NCBI GenBank assembly: GCA_040285855.1
Contig: JAUFOQ010000003.1
Coordinates: 1,736,001-1,800,000 of the forward strand
Reading direction: 5' to 3'
DNA: 64,000 bases
Origin: Eukaryota sp. GEM-RC1
Taxonomy: Eukaryota
Shown: positions 35,370-46,572 of the stretch, in pieces
Layout: every line of letters starts with the position of its first letter
How positions within the stretch are numbered: the stretch's first letter is position 1
The notes under the pieces: generated by a model
Told to the model about the DNA's origin: nothing
Databases searched by the model: none
Seen by the model: only the letters and a program-made list of their open reading frames with translations
Translations under genes and position numbers: made by a program

Positions 35370-36320
35370 CTAAAAAAAACGGAGTTTATGATCAATCAGT
35401 GAAATAAATGCATTTGCAGAAGTTAATAACTAACAGACACTAACTAAAGTATCTAAACTATGATCCTTCTGTCCATCACCGAACAACTTACCTAAAATTG
35501 AATTAAAATATCTGTGCATTGAACGAAACAACGCAAACGTTAACCTACTCAACCAAAAATTTTCATTGAAAACTTTACCATACTCAGAACACAATTTACC
35601 AAAGGAAGTTAAAAAACCTTGTGCAACTGGTCCAATATTACCGTATATCGACATCGCAAAAGGTTGAAACACAAAAGAATTGTACCTGTCAACATTCAAT
35701 TGGTTAATTAAGTGACAGTACTTTGCATTTTTACCTTTTTCAGCCACTTCAAGAGCAGAAAAATCATCATCAAAAATTTTGGAAATTGATCTTGAATTAC
35801 AAGGATCAACAGTCGTGAAATCCATGATAATTTCCTGACAAGATCACCAAGGACCAATCAAATCACCACGACTTCTATCAACTTTTGGCTGATCAGAAAG
35901 ATTAGCAAGTAAAGGTTCAATTTTTCCATGAAAACCATTAGCCTCAAACATATCCAAACATGTATCCCGGATACTGTTGTGAATAATTGATCGAAATTGA
36001 ATAAATTGATGACAGTATTTTCTTAAAATGCTTCTCTGAAACTGACAAAAGAGCTGAAGTCTTAATCGATCAGTCGATGGAAATAATAAACAGCGTCCAC
36101 AAATTTGCTTGAAGGATTAAAAAGCATCAATTGTCATTTGTCATTACAAGAAGAGCAGCGTGCGAAAGATGCCGAAGAACCTGACGAATTGAGGGCGAAA
36201 AAAGAAGACTTGGAAGGTGGCCTGCTTGACAAGTGTGGTTCTCAAAAAGCAGGAAAACCTCGTTGTGAAGGCAAAAACAGTGATTCGAAAAACAATCACA
36301 AATGATAACTGACTGGTGAA
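35370..36320 (-). mobile_element. Internally deleted CRE-like non-LTR retrotransposon (family A)
   Basis: HNSIRD, EPLL, RGDL, MDFTTVD, EKGKNAKY, FQPFAMSIYG REL motifs. Confidence 0.75.
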
Positions 36321-36736
36321 GTAAGTTGTATTTGTCCTTAGACTTTGAACAATCTATTAACTATTGATCACAAATGATATATAGTACAGAAGCAAACATT
36401 TGATATCGCGCAACAATTCTCGTTCCCCATACTGATGATATGCCCAAAGAGCTTATCTTCTGATACAATTGTAAATTCAACTGTTGACACTACAAAGTAA
36501 TTTATGAAAACACATGAAGTACATCAATTCAAATGGTGGCTCAACTTCCAGAGCATTTGTGTAAGTGTATTAGAAGTCAAATATTGAGCTTTGAGAACAT
36601 CAATTAATAGCACGACACGTTCTTAGGTTTCCTGCTTTCAGCAGTATAGATTCATGATTCATTGGTAATAAAATATTGTTATAGAACTAAAGAACAATAA
36701 TGTCTCTTTAAAAGTTACAAATTACTACATATCGAG

Positions 36737-38563
36737 TAGAGTTGGCAAACGACGCGACGAGTCATGACTTTTCATGACGTGACGCGAATTAAAGTCACGT
36801 CGACTTGGGGTTTATCCAATAACTTGAAGTCACGTCGACTTGGCTTTTTGGTAACGACGTCATGACGTCGTCGTGACTTTTGGGTCTGTGTATTTATACT
36901 CTTTTTTTGTATTTGATGATGGGCTATTTGTTACACATGGGTGCTACTTTACTCCTTCTCTTGTATAAAAATGATAGATATCATTGTGTGACTCATATTG
37001 TGGTTACTAGAAGATAATAAAATCAGTGTTGCTTCAAATTATTACATAAATGCGTTTATCAAGTTTCTCAGTGTTTGCAACTCTCGAAGTTCATGTTCGC
37101 AATGAAGAGGTACTATTATTTGCAGTAACAGTTGAAGAAGGCCGCCAATGAATTGAAGGTCGGATTAGTACGAATGGTTGATAGAAATCAGATGTTGTTA
37201 CAAGATGGAATTCCACATTTTTAATAATCCAGTCTTATCAAAAATTACTTAGACTCATTAATACTGTCATCTCATCTGTAACAATGATGCTAAGCTTGGA
37301 ACACTTAAGCTCACTACTGATGGATGCGCAACTGTCAAGTCACTCGAAAAAATTCATCCGTGCCAAGTGAACGGTTGTTTACACAAGCAGGTTTCACAGT
37401 TACGATAGAAGAACTCGTTTGAGTTACAGTTCTGTACAATCACAACTTTTTTTGAACTCATGGAATGATTTGTAGCCAGTAGAATTTTTGGAAAAATGTA
37501 CACCTGCGGCAGTAATTAGTCTCACTGAGACTAATTTTGTATTGAGCTTTTGACCCTCCATCCCTTAATTAGTCTCACTGAGACTAATTTTGTAGTGAGA
37601 CTAATTATGTCCTCAAATATTTTTGGTTGGAGAATTCCAGAAGTTCATTTTGCGCAAAGATGTACTCATAAAACTCATTTAACAGAAATCGTCTATCCTC
37701 TTACAATCGCATCATCTGAGCGAGTTCTTGTTCGTCGGTTCAAGTTTCGATGTGTACCTGGTCTTCAACTGCTTTCCAAAGACCATGTCTTTCGTCAACA
37801 ATGTTCGTCAGTACATAGACAGGAGTCAAAAATAAGGCCATTCCTTTTCATTCATAGTCGAATATTCCTCCACAAATGCAATTTTGTCAAACGAATTACG
37901 GTTCATCCTAATTTTTGAATAGTTTGTTACGCAATACACATTTGTCTCATTTTTGATATGTATTTTTGTATCCTCCATCAATAAACTGTCTTTCATTTGT
38001 CTCATTAACATTTTTCTCGAACTCTATTATTCTTTCTGGGAAGGTGTCTTTGAACACTGTAAGCCGAGCTTGATGGATCAAAGCAGGCAAAAGCAATTAA
38101 TGTGTTCAGAGGATTCGTCCGTCTTGGAGCCAGATCAAAATGTACTTGCCTAGTGGTTGTTCAATTCTAGTTTGAATTATGAAGAAACAGTGTGTGTATT
38201 TAGTATTGGTGTGAACACACTTCTTTACGATGTTTAGTCGAAAATTACATGAGTAGAGGAACAGCAAAAAGTTTGTATGCTTGAGATTTCAAGACATAAT
38301 TAGTCTCACTTCAGCAATTCTGAAAGTACCGAGGACAAAATTAGTCTCACTGAGACTAATTCTGTAGTGAGACTAATTTTTTCAGTGAGACTAATTACTG
38401 CCGCCGGTGTATGTCTACATTTACTTCAAAAGTCATGTTAACGATGACGATGACGTGACTTGACGTGACGATGACGTGACTTGGTTTTGTTGGAAGTCAC
38501 GTCACGTCGACTTGGCCTGGCATCGTCATGACTCGTCATGACGTCGTCATTCTGCCAACTCTA
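36737..38563. mobile_element. Non-autonomous hAT element
   Basis: TIR tagagttggca / tgccaactcta; exact 8-bp TSD atatcgag (36729-36736, 38564-38571); dense gtcacgtcgac/gtcatgac subterminal repeats. Confidence 0.88.
37501..38409. mobile_element. TA-flanked Tc1/mariner-like non-autonomous element nested in the hAT
   Basis: 28-bp TIR cacc(t/g)gcggcagtaattagtctcactga with one mismatch, TA on both sides, repeated palindrome aattagtctcactgagactaatt. Confidence 0.8.
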
Positions 38564-39039
38564 ATATCGAGTCCACATTGTCGCGCCATATCACTACTAC
38601 TTGAAGTGTCAACTGCTTCAGTAAAATTGGTCAAATCAAATGTTACAACAGCCTGTAGACTAGTATTAGTCAACGAAATCACTTTACAAACAAGTATGTC
38701 ATCTACAGTTTTCTAATCCAGTGTAAACAGAAAATTCTACTAAAAAAAGAACGTCCGGTACTGTATATCAAACTTAAACTATTTCGTCAAGAATGAAGAG
38801 CTAACATATTAATTGAGGAGACACAGATATTCTTTGTTCTATAGCAGACGTAACTTCTGCATTTGTTCACAAAGTTTACCTCCATCTGGAAGAATTTTGA
38901 ATGTCAAATATCCAAATTTCGGATTTGAAGCACAGAGATCATTAAGTGACAAGAGAAATATTCGACAAAAAACATTTAGATTTATACAAACAATTCTCTA
39001 AATAATATCACAATTTACATGAGTCACGTGCCCAAACAA

Positions 39040-40272
39040 CTAAGCATAAGAAACTTCCTCCTTTTCATTTCTTCCTTTGAGATATTCCTCTTCATAATCT
39101 TTGTATCTTTTGGCTGCATTTTTTAAATTTCTAACAATGGAAATAATAATGTACGCTGCAATTAGAAACAATACAGAAATAATAGCAAAATTAAAAAAAG
39201 ACTTTGCCAATATCCAAAAATTTGGTGTCAGTGATATATCTTCAGATGTAATAAATAAAAACCGAGTACTATTCGGATCAATCCAAAAAAATAAAGCGGC
39301 AACTAAATAACCAATAAATGCCATTGGGAAGGGAATAAGTAATAGAGTTAAAATATAATTAGTCCAAAATGAAGCCTGAATTGAAAAATGTGGATGTTGT
39401 GTCAGAAGTTTTCTCAAAGAATCTCTGGAAAAGTACAAAAGAGATAGATTAACACAACAAACTAAAACCAAAATCACTCTAAGAACCGTACTAACACCAA
39501 GATCTGGCCAAGAAATTGAATAGACAAATAAATGAATATTAAAATATCCAATAATAATTATCCACGTCATTTTCCCAGTAGCACTAATTCCAGTGACGTG
39601 TCTAAACACTACTTTGGGAATTGAGGGAATGTCTTCAGAAAAAAAGCCACCAGCTTCGACTCTGTCCCTAACAGCAATGTAGCCTAATTTGAAGACAGTA
39701 ATGATAGGTAGTAAGAGAGTGAAATAAAAAATGGCGATAGCGTAGATTTGAATGGAAAAGAACATCGCAAAACACAACGCGAACTCACCATTGAGCTTCC
39801 CGTAGGGTACGTCTTTGTAAGGCCAACAGGTGTCACTGCCACTACAAGGAAAATAAAAGTTCGCAAAAGGATCAACGTCAAAGGGAAAATAAAAAGTCCA
39901 CAAGTAGAACGATCCTATCCAAGACAGAAACCAAATAAGGTTATGTAAGACGAAGACACTGAATACAATGAGTGAGATCCATGCCAAGATGGGGATGGGA
40001 GGAAAAGCAGCATAAGATTCTCTAAGAGAAGCCATAATGCCAGATCTCAAGAGGAAAAACGACACAAACAGGAAAGAACCCAAGGCAAATGTGAAAAAAC
40101 TGAGGAACTTGTTTTGTGTGAGTATAGCGTAGAAAGCCGCAAAGGACCCCGCTGAAGTGGTTATAAGGATGAACAACGGCAGTAAAGCGGTTGGAGAGAT
40201 GCAGTTACCACATAGGAACCGTAATACCAACCCTATACGTTCCCCAGGTTGAAGGTCTTTCTTTTTGTCCAT
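39040..40272 (-). CDS. Multi-pass membrane protein of unknown function (paralogue 2)
   Basis: 410-aa ORF, near-identical termini to 28786-30021. Confidence 0.8.
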   Translation of the reverse strand: MDKKKDLQPGERIGLVLRFLCGNCISPTALLPLFILITTSAGSFAAFYAILTQNKFLSFFTFALGSFLFVSFFLLRSGIMASLRESYAAFPPIPILAWISLIVFSVFVLHNLIWFLSWIGSFYLWTFYFPFDVDPFANFYFPCSGSDTCWPYKDVPYGKLNGEFALCFAMFFSIQIYAIAIFYFTLLLPIITVFKLGYIAVRDRVEAGGFFSEDIPSIPKVVFRHVTGISATGKMTWIIIIGYFNIHLFVYSISWPDLGVSTVLRVILVLVCCVNLSLLYFSRDSLRKLLTQHPHFSIQASFWTNYILTLLLIPFPMAFIGYLVAALFFWIDPNSTRFLFITSEDISLTPNFWILAKSFFNFAIISVLFLIAAYIIISIVRNLKNAAKRYKDYEEEYLKGRNEKEEVSYA

Positions 40273-40299
40273 TGTATAGAGTGAAAAATGATTTAGAAC

Positions 40300-40822
40300 C
40301 TTCGAATCGGATTCTTTATATGAAATCCGATTCCAACTGAATCTGACTGATTGAAATCTGAATCTGATCCGAAAGATCCGATCGGATTGAGTTTTTTATC
40401 TTATACATTTCATTGAGTCTGTTTTAGTTTTTGCACTCATCTTACTGTTTTTGTTCTACAAAGAAATGACGTCCCGTGGACTTGTTTTGACAATCAGAAA
40501 CGTGCTATTAAGATGTATTAGTCAAAAGATAACATCAATTGTCATCATCGGGCAAAAGTCCATTATCAGCCATAAATCCTGGTTTTATCCATGAATTGAG
40601 TAAAACCAATACTTGATATGTGTCACATTTGAGAGATGCTCTATTTTCGGACACAGCTAACCCAACACGGAAAAAAAGTCTTTCACATGGTACAAATGAT
40701 GCCTGTATATAACAATAATCAAAGAAGATTCGAGCAAGTGCGGTATAAGTGTTGTTTTTATACAAAACGATATAAAAGCAGTGAACGCTAACAGGGTGAA
40801 AAATCGAATCTAACGCGTTCAC
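40300..40822 (-). mobile_element. hAT transposase C-terminal remnant plus subterminal repeats
   Basis: ALARIFFDYCYIQASFVPCERLFFRVGLAVSENRASLKCDTYQVLVLLNSW (hATC); aatc(c/t)ga repeats at 40300-40390. Confidence 0.75.
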
Positions 40823-41966
40823 AGTATAAAAGTACTCTAAAATATCTAATACAGCGATACCTCAAAACTTACATCTAATAGAAAGCCGCTTCTTCAGTCA
40901 ATAATATTCGCTATTGTTTCTTTTCAAACAATACACAATTAAGTGAAAATAGGTCTCGTAGAATAGTTCAGGTAAACTTGGTGTCCAGAATGATAACTTC
41001 GTACTGAGCCATTACTATTGACTTCTGTCATTTTCAGTGTATTAGAATATACATGTTCCCTACCAGCTCCAATGATAATACTTAAGTAGAGGTTCGATTT
41101 TCCAATTCAATTCATGACATATAAACACTTCATACGTAACGTCACGAACTGTATCACGTAAAATCGATCTAAAATGTAGAAAACTGAAGAATTTATTTGC
41201 AGCTAACAATGGGTTAAAAGCAGAGTGAGCAAACACGCGGTGTTAAGGATTTTGGCAGCGTGTCAACACGAACTGACACGTGTTGACACGTGTTAGTGTA
41301 AACACGTGTTTTTCCTTATTATTATTGAAGTCAGCTTTTGGTCTTTTTTAACAGCAACACATAGTATTTATCCAACAATTCAGATGGTAACAGAACTAAG
41401 CGAAGACGCATGTTAAGTGTCCAAGATTCATTATTGAGAAAACAGAAAGGTCTAGGCTGTGGAGTATTAAATTATGAACAGTTTTTCAAATCTAAAAGAA
41501 AAGCAGCAAATACGAGAATAGTTATCTTGGTAACACTAAGACGTTTAGAATAATTCCAGTTTTCCAAGCCATGTTAAACACGATTTTGTAATTTTACAAC
41601 AGATAAATGCAGAAACTCGAATGATTTAGCAGGAATGGAAGATTTTTTCTCTTTAAATTTGATAAAAACTGATTGTAATGCCAGACAAAAGAACAAAAGA
41701 CCGAGTGTGTCACCTTTTGAACACTTCTAGTTGAGTTCTTTCTATGAATTTATGTTTTTCAACGTAATATACTAAAAAAATAAAAGTTAATATCATTAAA
41801 ACAACACCCATCACCATCAAATCTTACATCAGCTTTGTCCTCACAAAAGAAATTCTAGCTGGTTAAACTTTAGAAATTAAATTATATCCCAATGTTATTA
41901 AGTGATAACGGATTTACTACTAAATTTAGAACACAGACATTAAGATATACTTAATGTCATCAGAGC

Positions 41967-42124
41967 TAGAGCTGTCAATCGGTTCGGCTCAAGCCGTAAG
42001 CCGAACGACTTGAGCCAAACCATATCGAAATTTGGTTCGGCTTACTCAAATGGCTCAAGCCAAAGCCGAACCAGTTTGGAATTTTACAAGCCAAACCATT
42101 CGGCTCAAGCCGTTGACAGCTCTG
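41967..42124. mobile_element. ~158-bp hAT MITE related to the 17.2-18.0 kb element
   Basis: TIR tagagctgtcaa / ttgacagctctg; internal tttggttcggcttactcaaatggctcaagccaaa shared with the 17.95 kb copy; TSD imperfect. Confidence 0.75.
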
Positions 42125-42931
42125 ATTCTGAGCAACATTCAAGACCATTGAAACTCACAGAAGTTTTTCTTTTCATTGATACGAAGTACTTCGCAAAGGT
42201 TTCAAAATCATAACATGAAATGCTTTTAACCATTGTAAAGACTAGGATTCAATAAAACTAATGATCAAAGTACCTATTAATTGTTTTTTAGCAACCTTCT
42301 CAAATCAGACAGAACCCAAGTACGGTATTTAAATTGGTCCAAAATCGAAAATCGAAAATCGAAACTGGTGTATTGCGGTAAACGCTAATACGTGTTACAG
42401 AATAGACTCTAACACGCATGTTTGTCAGTTGATAAGAAACGTTGAAATTTTAAACAGTTCCTGCCATGATATCAAAAGCTCCATAGCTCTCAGCATTTTC
42501 TATGAAGGGAAATTTCTTATGTATTTATTTCAATGACAATGAAAAGTTGTCCTAAAAACATTGAGTTCTAGTTTGGGTTCTCAACTCAATGTTTTTGTTC
42601 TATAGACATATTCGCTTTAAAAAACCAATTTTTTCATGATTTACAGTTCAACAACAAATATCTCATTTCCTATACATAATCATCCCTAAAACACTGATTG
42701 GCCATGTAGGAGACTTATCAATCAACATCTTTTTATAGCAAAAGGAAACACTTTCACATCTTTTAAAGGGAAAGTGACAACAGATGTTTACGTCTAAGTT
42801 TTGGAAGTTAGTGAATATTCCTGACACATGCTAACAGGTGTTTGCGTCCACTAATCAACAAGACATCATGAGAATAAATAGCATTACAAATAGAATCGTT
42901 AAATGAAGTTTTTGACTATTATTTTTAACAA

Positions 42932-44032
42932 CTAAGAAAGCAACTCTTGGACAGCAAGTTCTATATTATTGTTCCACTTGTTCAAACATTGTCGCACACG
43001 TTCTTCATTAAATCCCATGCTAACCAGCTGGAGTACTTTCTCTTCACCCAAACTATTAGGGGGGAATCTCTTGGAGATCTTCAAAATCATCATCAGAAAC
43101 ACTATACAAAATAGGTGGAGCAGGATTGAACAGATTTCCTGGACGATCATCAGTAATGAATGGATTAACAGGTTTTGGAGGTTCAGGCAGTCTCTCACGT
43201 GGGTCAAATACTGACATGTCTCTGGGTGGTTGATTCTTGATAGATGACTTTTTCGGTCTTGATTTACTTCGGGATTTCGACCGACCGGATTTATTTGAGG
43301 TAGAACGACTGGCCAGGTGACCAGACTTTAAGATCTTCAGGATAGAATGAACAGAAACTGGTTGGTCCTCGATAGAAACATTAAATTGATTCAAGAGTTC
43401 CAGAGTCGTGCTATATCCATAAACAAACGAAAAGTAACCGAGATCCTTGTTGCGAAGTTCATTCTCAATGTCAGCGGTAGTTAGTAGCTCAGTGGGGGCA
43501 GTTTTTCTAGGACAGAGATGATGAAATGTTTGGCTTTTTGCAGTGATTCAGGCGGAGAAATATCAATAAGACGTTCGTATGCGATAAACCGAGTGGCATT
43601 TTTGTAGCGCTCATTTATTTGATGTTCATGACCACAAATGATTGTTTCCTTGACAATGTTTTTTAACGCCCGGACAATGTGGAAAAAATCCGAATCTCCG
43701 CTTACAATAACAACTGTGAGGTCTCTACGTTGTTCATCAGTGAAGAAGTTCTTACTGTAAATGTCTTCAAATAACCTAACACACATTGCGATATCAGTAG
43801 AATTCTTCATCCCGTTAGCAGGTTGAATCAGTTCTGGCACTAATCCGAAACTTTCGCAAGCAATAGTCCATTTTTCGGCGTTTTTCTTCTGTTTAGGGTT
43901 ATGATTTCGTCGCGCATCGGCTGTATGGAAAACATTGATCACAGCTCCAAGGCCAAAGAGATTTCGCAGGGCATCAAGAAGTTTAGCAGCATGGTCAGGA
44001 AAATTGTCTGCATCTATGTAGATTAAAGTCAT
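42932..44032 (-). CDS. NYN nuclease + OST-HTH/LOTUS-like + UBA domain (paralogue of 14016-15701); two homopolymer frameshifts
   Basis: IYIDADN, KNSTDIAM, IVSGDSDF. Correcting G5 (43494-43498) gives LPPTELLTTADIENELRNKDLGYFSFVYG, colinear with the paralogue. Correcting G6 (43059-43064) joins UBA 'EEKVLQLVSMGFNEERVRQCLNKWNNNIELAVQELL'. Confidence 0.8.
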
Positions 44033-44299
44033 CTAGTTCTTGCTCAGAATGAAGTAGATAAAAGGAGTGAGGGCGAACAGAATGGAGAACAATGCGGGAA
44101 GTCAAATTTTCTTGTTCAACTACAATGTGGAATCTATAATACAACTTATCTATAACAAACCATCTGAACTCGGAGTTGTCCTTAAAATATATAGAACTTA
44201 GGTAGTGAGAAATGCTTCTAAAAATCACAAACCTACAGAGTCTAGTAATTATGTGAAAATTCATTCAAAATTGGAGGGTTCATTGACTACCATTGAAGA

Positions 44300-44616
44300 A
44301 AACTCAATTCTTTTGTGTTTCAACCTTTTGCGATGTCGATATACGGTAATATTGGACCAGCTGCACAAGGTTTTTTAACTTCCCTTTGGTAAATTGTGTT
44401 CTGAGTATGGTAATGTTTTCAATGAAAATTTTTGGTTGAGTAGGTTAACGTTTGCGTTGTTTCGTTCAATGCACAGATATTTTAATTCAATTTTAGGTAA
44501 GTTGTTCGGTGATGGACAGAAGGATCAGAGTTTAGATACTTTAGTTAGTGTCTGTTAGTTATTAACTTCTGCAAATGCATTTATTTCACTGACTGATCAT
44601 AAACCCCGCTTTTTTT
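44300..44616 (+). mobile_element. 3' fragment of retrotransposon family A, near-identical to 35370-35680
   Basis: Nucleotide identity by eye to the reverse complement of the 35.4-35.7 kb copy, with only a few differences. Confidence 0.85.
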
Positions 44617-44639
44617 GAAGAAAAACTAAATCAAATATT

Positions 44640-46130
44640 ATCTTTAGATGTGAGTAAACATGTTTCTTTTGCTATGCTCCAGATCTGTTTTGCTGGGGAA
44701 ATTAATCATTTTTTACGTTCATTAGACTATTCCCTTACTGAAACACTTGTCAAGAAATTTAATTCTATTAGAACAATTTTCTCTCTAACTTGGCTGAAAT
44801 TGATGAGACTAAAATTCCAGTCCATGCTTTTTGTTCATCTGAATTCGCAGGGATAGGTTTCACCCATGCAAAAACCATCAGAAAATCTGCTCTTTTAGGA
44901 GGTGTTAAGAATTTTATGTTTGAAAGGGTTTCCCTTGGATGGAATAAATCTGTTGAATTCCAGTAATTGTCGTTGGATTCAATCTGCTAAAGATTTGGTA
45001 TCTTCCTTGTCTCCTGAAATGTGGGAGTCTTTGTTCCCTGCTCACTTATAGGAGACTCCTTTAAAAAATATTTCATCTCTACCATCTGCTGTGTGTAAAC
45101 TGCAAAATAAATTGACAAAGGAGTTTGAACTCTTGGACTTTGATAATCGTATTAGCTTGGCTAAAACAAATAGTCCCGAGTTCGCTGCGTTTTTAATTGA
45201 CCTTTGTAATAGTGGACCTTCTGGATTTATTTCTCGAATTTCAAAGGTGTATGGATTAGATCTATCTGATGAAGCTTGGATGATCAATATGCGTCTTCGT
45301 TTAGCTATTTGGCCTGCAAATGTATTAAACTATTCAACTTGCTCTTGTGGAGCTAATGGTGTTTTTCGTCATTTAATTAATTGTCGTTATTTTATTCATC
45401 TACGTGTAGTAATTCATGATGGTGTACGTGATTCTTGTTATTCCATGTTTAAAGCACATGGTTTTCACTCTAATGTTGAACCAGTTTTGAATCATCTTTC
45501 AGAAAATGAATTTACTGATCAAAAAAGAGGGGATCTCCATACTCCGTGGCTTAAATCGAGTCAATCATTAATGTATTTTTCTACAGTAGATGTTTGTAAC
45601 AAGTCATGTGTTAGTAGGATATTAGATTCTTCTTTTAATCCGTTTACAGCTGTTGAAAAGCTCAAACACTCCAAGTATGATTCTCAAGTAGAAGAACTAC
45701 ATGTAAATCGAAACTCACATTCCAACTTTGTGTTTCAACCTTTTGCAGTTTCTCTTTTGGATCGATTAGTCCTGCTGATGATCAATTTTTCAAGCATTTC
45801 GATGAACTGTGTAAAGAAAAGAAGCGTAAGTTTAGAATGGCTGAACGGAAAAACCTTATAGTGTTTTCCATATATCGGAATATGCCTTCTATTTCTCTAG
45901 ATTAATTGAGAAATTGTACAAGTTTGGAATGAAGGTGAATGTTGAAAAACGTAATCTTTTACCTGGTGGTGATGAAGTCGTTTGGATTTAATCTTAGTAT
46001 TATTTGTTTGTTTTGGCAATTTTTCAGTTTTGTAGGAAGGTTACCTTATTGGGTACCGAATCAAATTTTAGTAAATAACCTATAGATCGTTTAATTTAAA
46101 AATTGAAGCACGACTTTTTTTCTTTTTTTG
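44640..46130 (+). mobile_element. 5'-truncated CRE-like non-LTR retrotransposon (family B), frameshifted
   Basis: INHFLRSL, CSCG..HLINC, IHDGVRD, VEPVL, KRGDL, STVDVC, EKLKHSKY, FQPFAVS. Confidence 0.78.
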
Positions 46131-46261
46131 GGAAAACATTATTCTTACTGTTTTTTCTCAACTCAGAAACTGCTGAACTGTTGAAACGGTTCTGCATGTA
46201 CTAGTAGGTCATTTAGAAGAATATTATCATACACTACATATGTATTTGATTCTGCTTAGTT

Positions 46262-46416
46262 TTTGTAGTTTCAATTGGAAAATTTTTCCGTATTTCGCGT
46301 ATTCTCACTTCGTTTCAAAATTGCCGTAAAATACGGCAACTGTAAAAACACGGAAAAAGTTTACGGCAAACTTGAAAAAGTACAGTATTTACGGCTGCTA
46401 TTTTGACACATCACTG
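46262..46416. mobile_element. Solo hAT-type end with tacgg/ccgta subterminal repeats
   Basis: Repeated tacgg units ending ...gacacatcactg (CAG-type TIR on the minus strand); partner not identified. Confidence 0.45.
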
Positions 46417-46572
46417 GTCTGAATGTCTCTGCTGTGCAAGTCAATCTCACATGATAGTAAAGCACAGAAAAAGTTCAAAAAATAAATAAATATACAAAAT
46501 TTAGTTAGTGACAAGAAACAAACAGTTTCAACTGAATACAAATATAATACAAATAAAATGAAAACAAAAGAT

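Noticed and set aside
36737..38563. Short repeated units resembling a CRISPR array or iterons
   Set aside because: Irregular spacing, located just inside TIRs with TSDs; these are transposon subterminal repeats, and there are no cas genes.
41221..42853. Possible large hAT element bounded by aacacg-repeat ends
   Set aside because: Termini match only partly and no TSD was found, so boundaries cannot be supported.
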